From the NCBI GenBank assembly GCA_964016885.1, contig OZ024743.1:372372001-372436000 (forward strand): a stretch of DNA of 64,000 bases, read 5' to 3'. Shown in pieces: positions 47,261 to 58,746 of this stretch. The position numbers and the translations under genes are program-made. The notes under the pieces were generated by a model. The model was not told the origin of the DNA. It ran no database searches and saw only the letters and a list, made by a program, of their open reading frames with translations. How positions within the stretch are numbered: position 1 is the stretch's first letter; the number at the start of each line of letters is the position of its first letter. Source of the DNA: Eledone cirrhosa (Eukaryota).

Positions 47261-50200
47261 AAGTAAGTGTTATAAACATGTACCATGTATCCAACCTTCT
47301 GTAGTTAGTGTTATAAACATGTACCATGCATGCTACCATCTCCAGTAAGTATTATAAACATGTACCATGTATGCTACCTTCTCCAGTAAGTATTATAAAC
47401 ATGTACCATGCATGCTACCTTCTCTAGTAAGTATTATAAACATGTACCATGTATGCTACCTTCTCTAGTAAGTATTATAAACATGTACCGTGTATGCTAC
47501 CTTCTCTAGTAAGTGTTATAAACATGTACCATGTATGCTACCTTCTCTAGTTAGAGTTACAAATATGTACCATGTGTGCTACCTTCTCTAGTAAGTGTTA
47601 TAAACATGTACCATGCATGCTACCTTCTTTTAAGTGTCATAAACATGTACCATGTCTGCTACCTTCTCTAGTAAGTATCATAAACATGTACCATGTATGC
47701 TACCTTCTCTAGTAAGTGTTATAAACATGTACCATGCATGCTACCTTCTCTAGTAAGTATCACAAACATGTACCATGTCTGCTACCTTCTCTAGTAAGTA
47801 TCATAAACATGTACCATGTATGCTACCTTCTCTAGTAAGTGTTATAAACATGTACCATGCATGCTACCTTCTCTAGTAAGTATCACAAATATGTACCATG
47901 TCTGCTACCTTCTCTAGTAAGTATCATAAACGTGTACCATGTATGCTACCTTCTCTAGTAAGTGTTATAAACATGTACCATGTCTGCTACCTTCTCTAGT
48001 AAGTGTTATAAACATGTACCATGTATGCTACCTTCTCTAGTAAGTGTTATTAACATGTACCATGCATCCTACCTTCTCTAGTAAGTGTTATAAACATGTA
48101 CCATGCATGCAACCTTCTCCAGTAAGTATCATAAACATGTACCATGTCTGCTACCTTCTCTAGTAAGTGTTATAAACATGTGCCATGTATGCTACCTTCT
48201 CTAGTAAGTATCATAAACATGTACCATGCATGCTACCTTCTCTAGTAAGTGTTATAAACATGTACCATGTATGCTACCTTCTCTAGTAAGTATCATAAAC
48301 ATGTACCATGCATGCTACCTTCTCTAGTAAGTGTTATAAACAAGTAACTTTTATAAACATGTACCATGTGTGCTACCTTCTCTAGAAAGTGATATAAACA
48401 TGTACCATGAATGCTGCCTTCTCCAGTAAGTGTTATAAACATGTACCATTTCTGCTATCTTCTCAAGTAAGTTTTATAAACATGTACCATGCATGCTACC
48501 TTCTCTAGTAAGTGTTATAAACATGTACCATGTATGCTACCTTCTCTAGTAAGTATTATAAACATATACCATGCATGCTACCTTCTCTAGTAAGTGTTAT
48601 AAACATGTACCATGTGTGCTACCTTCTCTAGTAAGTGTTATAAACATGTGCCATGTATGCTACCTTCTCTAGTAAGTGTTTTTAACATGTACCATGTATG
48701 CTACCTTCTCTAGTAAGTGTTATTAACATGTACCATGTATCCTACCTTCTCTAGTAAGTGTTATAAACATGTACCATGCATGCTACCTTCTCTAGTAAGT
48801 GTTATAAACATGTACCATGTATGCTTCCTTCTCTAGTAAGTGTTATAAACATGTACCATGCATGCTACCTTCTCTAGTAAGTGTTATAAACATGTACCAT
48901 GTGTGCTACCTTCTCTAGTAAGTGTTATAAACATGTACCATGTATGCTACTTTCTCTAGTAAGTGTTATTAACATGTACCATGTATCCTACCTTCTCTAG
49001 TAAGTGTTATAAACATGTACCATTCATGCTACCTTCTCTAGCAAGTGTTATAAACATGTACCATGTATGCTACCTTCTCTAGTAAGTATCATAAACATGT
49101 ACCATGCATGCTACCTTCTCTAGTAAGTATCATAAACATGTACCATGTATGCTACCTTCTCAAGTAAGTTTTATAAACATGTACCATGTGTCCTACCTTC
49201 TCCAGTAAGTGTTATAAACATGTACCATGTATGCTACCTTCTTTAGTAAGTATTATAAACATATACCATGCATGCTACTTTCTCCAGTAAGTGTTATAAA
49301 CATGAACCACGTGTGCTACCTTCTCTAGTAAGTGTTATAAGCATGTACCATGTCTGCTACCTTCTCTAGTAAGTGTTATAAACATGTACCATGTATGCTA
49401 CCTTCTCGAGTTAGAGTTACAAATATGTACCATGTGTGCTACCTTCTCTAGTAAGTGTTATAAACATGTACCATGCATGCTACCTTCTTTTAAGTGTCAT
49501 AAACATGTACCGTGTCTGCTACCTTCTCTAGTAAGTATCATAAACATGTACCATGTATGCTACCTTCTCTAGTAAGTGTTATTAACATGTACCATGTATC
49601 CTACCTTCTCTAGTAAGTGTTATAAACATGTACCATGCATGCTACCTTCTCTAGTAAGTATCACAAATATGTACCATGTCTGCTACCTTCTCTAGTAAGT
49701 ATCATAAACGTGTACCATGTATGCTACCTTCTCTAGTAAGTGTTATAAACATGTACCATGTCTGCTACCTTCTCTAGTAAGTGTTATAAACATGTACCAT
49801 TTCTGCTATCTTGTCAAGTAAGTTTTATAAACATGTACCATGCATGCTACCTTCTCTAGTAAGTGTTATTAACATGTACCATGTATCCTACCTTCTCTAG
49901 TAAGTGTTATAAACATGTACCATGCATGCTACCTTCTCTAGTAAGTGTTATAAACATGTACCATGTATGCTACCTTCTCTAGTAAGTATTATAAACATAT
50001 ACCATGCATGCTACCTTCTCTAGTAAGTGTTATAAACATGTTACATGTGTGCTACCTTCTCTAGTAAGTGTTATAAACATGTACCATGTATGCTACTTTC
50101 ACTAGTAAGTGTTATTAACATGTACCATGTATCCTACCTTCTCTAGTAAGTGTTATAAACATGTACCATTCATGCTACCTTCTCTAGTAAGTGTTATAAA

Positions 50201-51367
50201 CATGTACCATGTATGCTACCTTCTCTAGTAAGTATCATAAACATGTACCATGCATGCTACCTTCTCTAGTAAGTGTTATAAACATGTACCATGTATCCTA
50301 CCTTCTCTAGTAAGTATCATAAACATGTACCATGTATGCTACCTTCTCAAGTAAGTTTTATAAACATGTACCATGTGTCCTACCTTCTCCAGTAAGTATT
50401 ATAAACATGTACCATGTATGCTACCTTTTCTAGTAAGTGTTATAAAACTGTACCATGTATGCTACCTTCTCCAGTAAGTGTTATAAACATGAACCACGTG
50501 TGCTACCTTCTCTAATAAGTGTTATAAGCATGTACCATGTCTGCTACCTTCTCTAGTAAGTGTTATAAACATGTACCATGCATGCAACCTTCTCCAGTAA
50601 GTATCATAAACATGTACCATGCATGCTACCTTCTCTAGTAAGTATCATAAACATGTACACTGTATGCTAACTTCTCCAGTAAGTGTTATAAACATGTACC
50701 ATGTATGCTACCTTCTCTAGTAGGTGTTATAAACATGTACCATTCATGCTACCTTCTCTAATAAGTGTCATAAACATGTACCATGCATGCTACCTTCTCT
50801 AGTAAGTACCATAAACATGTACCATGTATGATACTTTCTCTAGTAAGTATCATAAACATGTACCATGCATGCTACCTTCTCTAGTAAGTGTTATAAACAT
50901 GTACCATGTGTCCTTCCTTCTCTAGTAAGTATCATAAACATGTACCATGCATGCTACCTTCTCTAGTTAGTGTTACAAATATGTACCATGCATGCTACCT
51001 TCACTAGTAAGTGTTATAAACATGTACCATGCATGCAACCTTCTCCAGTAAGTATCATAAACATGTACCTTGCATGCTACCTTCTCTAGTAAGTATTATA
51101 AACATGTACCATGCATGCAACCTTCTCCAGTAAGTATCATAAACATGTACCATGTATGATACCTTCTCTAGTAAGTATCATAAACATGTACCATGTATGA
51201 TACCTTCTCTAGTAAGTGTCATAAACATGTACCATGCATGCTACCTTCTCTAGTAAGTGTCATAAACATGTACCATGTATGCTACCTTCTCTGGTAAGTG
51301 TTATAAACATGTACCATGCGTGCTACCTTCTCTAGTAGGTATCATAAACATGTACCATGTATGCTAC
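47256..51367. repeat. 41-bp tandem satellite, array 1 (about 100 monomers)
   Basis: The monomer TAAACATGTACCATGTATGCTACCTTCTCTAGTAAGTGTTA repeats head-to-tail. There is a 17-bp insertion variant (CAAGTAACTTTTATAAA) at 48341, and the variant TTAGAGTTACAAATATG occurs at 47551 and 49411. Confidence 0.99.
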
Positions 51368-51636
51368 TTTAGCAGTATTAGTTATAGATGTTATCGCCAC
51401 TTTAGCAGGGTGGTAGAATCAGTGGTCGTTAGTTGCCAGTGTGGTAAGTGATAGTATCCTCGTTGGATTATCTTGTTGACATAGACGTGAGGGAAGGTCC
51501 CTCGATCTATTTACCATTTATTTACAATATTCCTTTCGTCAGGTCGCCAATTCCAGCATCATGGATTAAAGATGCCATTGAGACACGAGTAACATAATAA
51601 CGACTTCAACCGCAGTAATTAGAGATGAAATGTTTG

Positions 51637-51646
51637 TTTATTTATA
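51637..51646 (-). promoter_or_regulatory. Overlapping TATAAA/AATAAA motif in the LTR (candidate polyadenylation signal or TATA box)
   Basis: Plus strand TTTATTTATA reads TATAAATAAA on the minus strand and is present in all six LTRs. Function is inferred from position only. Confidence 0.45.
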
Positions 51647-51850
51647 TGGTTGAAGTTACAGATAAAAAGAGGTTACAAAAGGGAATGTGCCATTGCGCCG
51701 TTAAGCCGGCGAGGCTAGGGGTGCAATATCTCACTGCTACATTATGCGTGTTGCTGGCTCGAAGTTTCTGGTACAAGAGAGAGATTCTTCAAATCTTCGC
51801 GGGGAATTTCTTCCTCAGGGCGCGTAGGGATACATCCTCTTCTACTGGCG

Positions 51851-51860
51851 CTGATTGGCT
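51851..51860 (-). promoter_or_regulatory. CCAAT box in the putative U3 region of the LTR
   Basis: Plus strand CTGATTGGCT reads AGCCAATCAG on the minus strand, matching the NF-Y consensus, about 60 bp from the LTR 5' end. It is present in all six LTRs. Confidence 0.5.
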
Positions 51861-51920
51861 GAACTGAGCCAAATCACGCACAGAGAATGTATGTGAGCCC
51901 GTGGAATGTAGGTCACTACA

Positions 51921-51934
51921 TCACCTCCGACCAG
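51921..51934 (-). other. Short, imperfect polypurine tract next to the 3' LTR (also at 56605-56618 and 61371-61384)
   Basis: Minus strand CTGGTCGGAGGTGA|TGTAG lies at the canonical PPT position but is interrupted by pyrimidines. The hairpin GATTTTC-N4-GAAAATC (51934-51951) precedes it. Confidence 0.5.
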
Positions 51935-53495
51935 ATTTTCAGCCGAAAATCGATAACGAGGAAACCAAGGCCCCACATATTATTAAATCAGCAAGAACAA
52001 ATGCTGAAAGAGCACATCAGTGAAAAAATTATTGAGCAGAAGGTTGCATGCAAGAACAAAAAATTAGGCGCTACGGGCCGTGTTGAGCCGCTGTGTCAAA
52101 TGACCAGTTGTTTTGTTGTTTATACTTGACCGCCAAAGGTCTAACAAAAAACGGATAAAGTCTGACATGGGCGGAGTTGCTGTTCTTGCATTAAATGTTA
52201 ATGGTAAGCATTGTACCAGTAGCTGTGAACGAAGCTATTATGGTAGTTTACCAGTGCTGGCGAGAAAATGATGGCCCCCAGATGTATTGTCGAATGTGCT
52301 GTGGAGCCAGGAAAAAATGGCTGGTTGCTTTGTAAAGAACAAAAGGCAAGTTTAATCTGTAGGTGGGTTGCAGTGTAAATTCCATAATTCGGGCGAATCC
52401 ACAGAAGTGGCCGAAATGTTGACAAGTCCAGTTCAATTTGTTGCTTTCCCAGCGAGTCGGGCAAAAACAACAATACGGATGGCCGTCATGGACGATCAGT
52501 GTGCAACGAGATGCGAAGCTGTTTGAGTTCAGCTGCAATTAGTATTCTCGTGTTGCGGTGACTGTTTGAATCCAGTGGATTAAGCTCTGTGAGCTGCTAG
52601 CATGTGACAGCATCTCAACCAGGTGAAAAGGGACTCGCAGAATATTACGTTTGAAGAACATATACCAAGAACAACATGTTGCTGTGTGATAAAAAAAATG
52701 TGTGCATATGCAGGCATGTAAAACAGCAAAGAATGTGAATGAACAAAAACCATGAGCAAGCAAATAGCAAAAGAGCACAAAACAAGTAAATGCATTCTAC
52801 AAAGAAATATGTGAATGTAACAAACTGATAATTCAAAGTCAATCTAGGGGAGCAGAGAAATTGCTCAATAAGTTCAAAGTTTTTCAAAGTCAAATAGTTC
52901 ACACATCACCAGTGTACAGACACTAGTTCTATCTGAAAACTGAAAAAGAAGTTTGTTAATGCCGTTAGGGGTTAGATGTATGGTGTTTTTGTGAGATTTC
53001 GTGGCCATTTTCCCGTCCCGCCACATGGTTGTGTTGCTTATTGTTAAAGCAAAGTCAAAGAATCTTCTGTAGAGTAGGAGTCACCAAATATGGCAGTCAC
53101 GTCTGACGCCATAATGGTGAGAAAACTACTGTCTCAATTTCTCGCGTCCCTGTGGCAACGAGACAGAAGGTATGGTGGTTGCGTCGGTAAAGTTACAAGC
53201 CGTTTTGAAATTTTCGATGTGTGGTGGTTGGCGTCGGTAAGGTTATGAAACTGCCACTCACTGTTCCCTGTATTGGTCAGTGGTTAAACAACGCTGTCGC
53301 TGCTGCTGTCATTGCTGTTGTCAAGCGTAGCCATGACATGTCGGTAGCCATCTTGAAATTTTTTCGTGGCGAAAAAGTTTTTGAAATACTGCTAATTTTT
53401 CAAAAATCTTAAAAGGAATATTCTGGATTTTCGCAAGTTGCGACGTGGCAATAAAAGTTAAACTGAATGAATAAGAAGGGCTGCGTGATATTCTT

Positions 53496-53508
53496 ACGTC
53501 GGTCACCA
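53496..53508 (-). other. Primer-binding site, tRNA-Trp-like (also at 58180-58192 and 62946-62958)
   Basis: Minus strand TGGTGACCGACGT starts 1 nt after the 5' LTR. The canonical tRNA-Trp PBS is TGGTGACCCCGACGTG, so this site lacks two C. Confidence 0.75.
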
Positions 53509-53509
53509 C

Positions 53510-54062
53510 TTTAGCAGTATTAATTATAGATGTTATCGCCACTTTAGCAGGGTGGTAGAATCAGTGGTCGTTAGTTGCCAGTGTGGTAAGTGATAGTATC
53601 CTCGTTGGATTATCTTGTTGACATAGACATGAGGGAAGGTCCCTCGATCTATTTACCATCTATTTACAATATTCCTTTCGTCAGGTCGCCAATTCCAGCA
53701 GCATGGATTAAAGATGCCATTGAGACACGAGTAACATAATAACGACTTCAACCGCAGTAATTAGAGATGAAATGTTTGTTTATTTATATGGTTGAAGTTA
53801 CAGATAAAAAGAGGTTACAAAAGGGAATGTGCCATTGCGCCGTTAAGCCAGCGAGGCTAGGGGTGCAATATCTCACTGCTACATTATGCGTGTTGCTGGC
53901 TCGAAGTTTCTGGTACAAGAGAGAGATTCTTCAAATCTTCGCGGGGAATTTCTTCCTCAGGGCGCGTAGGGATACATCCTCTTCTACTGGCGCTGATTGG
54001 CTGAACTAAGCCAAATCACGCACAGAGAATGTATGTGAGCCCGCGGAATGTAGGTCACTACA
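53510..54062 (-). repeat. 5' LTR of copy 1 (553 bp)
   Basis: Direct repeat of 51368-51920, followed on the minus strand by the PBS. Confidence 0.92.
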
Positions 54063-56051
54063 CTACCTTCTCTAATAAGTGTCATAAACATGTACCATGC
54101 ATGCTACCGTCTCTAGTTAGTGTTACAAACATGTACCATGTCTGCTGCCTTCTCTAGTAAGTATCGTAAACATGTACCATGTATGCTACCTTCTCTAGTA
54201 AGTGTTATAAACATGTACCATGTCTGCTACCTTCTCTAGTAAGTGTTATAAACATGTACCATGTATGCTACCTTCTCTAGTAAGTGTTATTAACATGTAC
54301 CATGTATCCTACCTTCTCTAGTAAGTGTTATAAACATGTACCATGCATGCAACCTTCTCCAGTAAGTATCATAAACATGTACCATGTGTGCTACCTTCTC
54401 TTGTAAGTGTTATAAACATGTGCCATGTATGCTACCTTCTCTAGTAAGTATCATAAACATGTACCATGCATGCTACCTTCTCTAGTAAGTGTTATAAACA
54501 TGTACCATGTATGCCACCTTCTCTAGTAAGTATCATAAACATGTACCATGCATGCTACCTTCTCAAGTAAGTGTTATAAACAAGTAACTTTTATAAACAT
54601 GTACCATGTGTGCTACCTTCTCTAGAAAGTGATATAAACATGTACCATGAATGCTGCCTTCTCCAGTAAGTGTTATAAACATGTACCATTTCTGCTATCT
54701 TCTCAAGTAAGTTTTATAAACATATACCATGCATGCTACCTTCTCTAGTAAGTGTTATAAACATGTACCATGTGTGCTACCTTCTCTAGTAAGTGTTATA
54801 AACATGTACCATGTATGCTACTTTCACTAGTAAGTGTTATTAACATGTACCATGTATCCTACCTTCTCTAGTAAGTGTTATAAACATGTACCATTCATGC
54901 TACCTTCTCTAGTAAGTGTTATAAACATGTACCATGTATGCTACCTTCTCTAGTAAGTATCATAAACATGTACCATGCATGCTACCTTCTCTAGTAAGTG
55001 TTATTAACATGTACCATGTATCCTACCTTCTTTAGTAAGTATCATAAACATGTACCATGCATGCTACCTTCTCTAGTAAGTATCATAAACATGTACCATG
55101 TATGCTACCTTCTCAAGTAAGTTTTATAAACATGTACCATGTGTCCTACCTTCTCCAGTAAGTATTATAAACATGTACCATGTATGCTACCTTTTCTAGT
55201 AAGTGTTATAAAACTGTACCATGTATGCTACCTTCTCCAGTAAGTGTTATAAACATGAACCACGTGTGCTACCTTCTCTAATAAGTGTTATAAGCATGTA
55301 CCATGTCTGCTACCTTCTCTAGTAAGTGTTATAAACATGTACCATGCATGCAACCTTCTCCAGTAAGTATCATAAACATGTAGCATGCATGCTACCTTCT
55401 CTAGTAAGTATCATAAACATGTACACTGTATGCTAACTTCTCCAGTAAGTGTTATAAACATGTACCATGTATGCTACCTTCTCTAGTAGGTGTTATAAAC
55501 ATGTACCATGTATGCTACCTTCTCTAATAAGTGTCATAAACATGTACCATGCATGCTACCTTCTCTAGTAAGTGTTATAAACATGTACCATGTGTCCTTC
55601 CTTCTCTAGTAAGTGTTATAAACATGTACCATGTCTGCTACCTTCTCTAGTAAGTATCATAAACATGTACCATGTATGCTACCTTATCTAGTAAGTATCA
55701 TAAACATGTACCATGCATGCTACCTTCTCTAGTTAGTGTTACAAATATGTACCATGCATGCTACCTTCACTAGTAAGTGTTATAAACATGTACCATGCAT
55801 GCAACCTTCTCCAGTAAGTATCATAAACATGTACCTTGCATGCTACCTTCTCTAGTAAGTATTATAAACATGTACCATGCATGCAACCTTCTCCAGTAAG
55901 TATCATAAACATGTACCATGTATGATACCATCTCTAGTAAGTATCATAAACATGTACCATGTATGCTACCTTCTCTGGTAAGTGTTATAAACATGTACCA
56001 TGCGTGCTACCTTCTCTAGTAGGTATCATAAACATGTACCATGTATGCTAC
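54063..56051. repeat. 41-bp satellite, spacer array 2 (1989 bp = 48 monomers + 17-bp insertion + 4-bp TSD)
   Basis: Same monomer as array 1, with the CAAGTAACTTTTATAAA insertion at 54581. Confidence 0.98.
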
Positions 56052-58746
56052 TTTAGCAGTATTAGTTATAGATGTTATCGCCACTTTAGCAGGGTGGTAG
56101 AATCAGTGGTCGTTAGTTGCCAGTGTGGTAAGTGATAGTATCCTCGTTGGATTATCTTGTTGACATAGACGTGAGGGAAGGTCCCTCGATCTATTTACCA
56201 TCTATTTACAATATTCCTTTCGTCAGGTCGCCAATTCCAGCAGCATGGATTAAAGATGCCATTGAGACACGAGTAACATAATAACGACTTCAACCGCAGT
56301 AATTAGAGATGAAATGTTTGTTTATTTATATGGTTGAAGTTACAGATAAAAAGAGGTTACAAAAGGGAATGTGCCATTGCGCCGTTAAGCCGGCGAGGCT
56401 AGGGGTGCAATATCTCACTGCTACATTATGCGTGTTGCTGGCTCGAAGTTTCTGGTACAAGAGAGAGATTCTTCAAATCTTCGCGGGGAATTTCTTCCTC
56501 AGGGCGCGTAGGGATACATCCTCTTCTACTGGCGCTGATTGGCTGAACTGAGCCAAATCACGCACAGAGAATGTATGTGAGCCCGTGGAATGTAGGTCAC
56601 TACATCACCTCCGACCAGATTTTCAGCCGAAAATCGATAACGAGGAAACCAAGGCCCCACATATTATTAAATCAGCAAGAACAAATGCTGAAAGAGCACA
56701 TCAGTGAAAAAATAATTGAGCAGAAGGTTGCATGCAAGAACAAAAAATTAGGCGCTACGGGCCGTGTTGAGCCGCTGTGTCAAATGATCAGTTGTTTTGT
56801 TGTTTATACTTGACCGCCAAAGGTCTAACAAAAAACGGATAAAGTCTGACATGGGCGGAGTTGCTGTTCTTGCATTAAATGTTAATGGTAAGCGTTGTAC
56901 CAGTAGCTGTGAACGAAGCTATTATGGTAGTTTACCAGTGCTGGCGAGAAAATGATGGCCCCCAGATGTATTGTCGAATGTGCTGTGGAGCCAGGAAAAA
57001 ATGGCTGGTTGCTTTGTAAAGAACAAAAGGCAAGTTTAATCTGTAGGTGGGTTGCAGTGTAAATTCCATAATTCGGGCGAATCCACAGAAGTGGCCGAAA
57101 TGTTGACAAGTCCAGTTCAATTTGTTGCTTTCCCAGCGAGTCGGGCAAAAACAACAATACGGATGGCCGTCATGGACGATCAGTGTGCAACGAGATGCGA
57201 AGCTGTTTGAGTTCAGCTGCAATTAGTATTCTCGTGTTGCGGTGACTGTTTGAATCCAGTGGATTAAGCTCTGTGAGCTGCTAGCATGTGACAGCATCTC
57301 AACCAGGTGAAAAGGGACTCGCAGAATATTACGTTTGAAGAACATATACCAAGAACAACATGTTGCTGTGTGATAAAAAAAATGTGTGCATATGCAGGCA
57401 TGTAAAACAGCAAAGAATGTGAATGAACAAAAACCATGAGCAAGCAAATAGCAAAAGAGCACAAAACAAGTAAATGCATTCTACAAAGAAATATGTGAAT
57501 GTAACAAACTGATAATTCAAAGTCAATCTAGGGGAGCAGAGAAATTGCTCAATAAGTTCAAAGTTTTTCAAAGTCAAATAGTTCACACATCACCAGTGTA
57601 CAGACACTAGTTCTATCTGAAAACTGAAAAAGAAGTTTGTTAATGCCGTTAGGGGTTAGATGTATGGTGTTTTTGTGAGATTTCGTGGCCATTTTCCCGT
57701 CCCGCCACATGGTTGTGTTGCTTATTGTTAAAGCAAAGTCAAAGAATCTTCTGTAGAGTAGGAGTCACCAAATATGGCAGTCACGTCTGACGCCATAATG
57801 GTGAGAAAACTACTGTCTCAATTTCTCGCGTCCCTGTGGCAACGAGACAGAAGGTATGGTGGTTGCGTCGGTAAAGTTACAAGCCGTTTTGAAATTTTCG
57901 ATGTGTGGTGGTTGGCGTCGGTAAGGTTATGAAACTGCCACTCACTGTTCCCTGTATTGGTCAGTGGTTAAACAACGCTGTCGCTGCTGCTGTCATTGCT
58001 GTTGTCAAGCGTAGCCATGACATGTCGGTAGCCATCTTGAAATTTTTTCGTGGCGAAAAAGTTTTTGAAATACTGCTAATTTTTCAAAAATCTTAAAAGG
58101 AATATTCTGGATTTTCGCAAGTTGCGACGTGGCAATAAAAGTTAAACTGAATGAATAAGAAGGGCTGCGTGATATTCTTACGTCGGTCACCACTTTAGCA
58201 GTATTAATTATAGATGTTATCGCCACTTTAGCAGGGTGGTAGAATCAGTGGTCGTTAGTTGCCAGTGTGGTAAGTGATAGTATCCTCGTTGGATTATCTT
58301 GTTGACATAGACATGAGGGAAGGTCCCTCGATCTATTTACCATCTATTTACAATATTCCTTTCGTCAGGTCGCCAATTCCAGCAGCATGGATTAAAGATG
58401 CCATTGAGACACGAGTAACATAATAACGACTTCAACCGCAGTAATTAGAGATGAAATGTTTGTTTATTTATATGGTTGAAGTTACAGATAAAAAGAGGTT
58501 ACAAAAGGGAATGTGCCATTGCGCCGTTAAGCCAGCGAGGCTAGGGGTGCAATATCTCACTGCTACATTATGCGTGTTGCTGGCTCGAAGTTTCTGGTAC
58601 AAGAGAGAGATTCTTCAAATCTTCGCGGGGAATTTCTTCCTCAGGGCGCGTAGGGATACATCCTCTTCTACTGGCGCTGATTGGCTGAACTAAGCCAAAT
58701 CACGCACAGAGAATGTATGTGAGCCCGCGGAATGTAGGTCACTACA
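56052..58746 (-). mobile_element. Non-autonomous LTR retrotransposon, copy 2 (LTRs 56052-56604 and 58194-58746)
   Basis: Offset 4684 from copy 1 and nearly identical to it, with CTAC at 56048-56051 and 58747-58750. Confidence 0.9.

Larger units (their letters stand above)
51368..51920 (-). repeat. 3' LTR of copy 1 (553 bp)
   Basis: Near-identical to 53510-54062 (offset 2142). On the minus strand it starts TGTAGTGACC and ends CTGCTAAA. Confidence 0.92.
51368..54062 (-). mobile_element. Non-autonomous LTR retrotransposon, copy 1 (2695 bp; Ty3/Gypsy, CsRn1-like by inference)
   Basis: 553-bp direct repeats lie at both ends, flanked by a CTAC TSD (51364-51367 / 54063-54066) inside a satellite monomer. 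On the minus strand the order is TGTAG-LTR-CTAAA, G, TGGTGACCGACGT (PBS), internal region, GGAGGTGA, TGTAG-LTR. The 1589-bp internal region has no gag/RT/IN-like ORF. Confidence 0.9.

Noticed and set aside
47092-47286. 64-aa minus-strand ORF, or a plus-strand exon between TTTTACAG (47131) and GTAAGT (47263)
   Set aside because: The ORF starts inside the satellite and has no recognisable similarity. The candidate exon has stop codons in all three frames.
46600-47400. Common ancestry of the 37-bp and 41-bp satellites
   Set aside because: They share only short words such as GTAAG and ACCAT, and I could see no colinear alignment.
49384-49572. 62-aa ORF in the 41-bp satellite
   Set aside because: It is a chance stop-free run through variant monomers.
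51625-51867. 80-aa ORF present six times (MKCLFIYMVEV...)
   Set aside because: It lies wholly within the LTR, antisense to the element, and has no recognisable domain. Its recurrence only reflects six LTR copies.
52965-52975. Telomere-like TTAGGGGTTAG
   Set aside because: It is a single imperfect occurrence per element, not an array.
51887-53542. Short overlapping ORFs (63-96 aa) in the element's internal region as gag/pol/env remnants
   Set aside because: I saw no zinc knuckle, protease, RT (YxDD), RNase H or integrase motif. Overlapping open frames on the minus strand are explained by its T-rich composition. Highly decayed homology cannot be excluded without a TBLASTN search.
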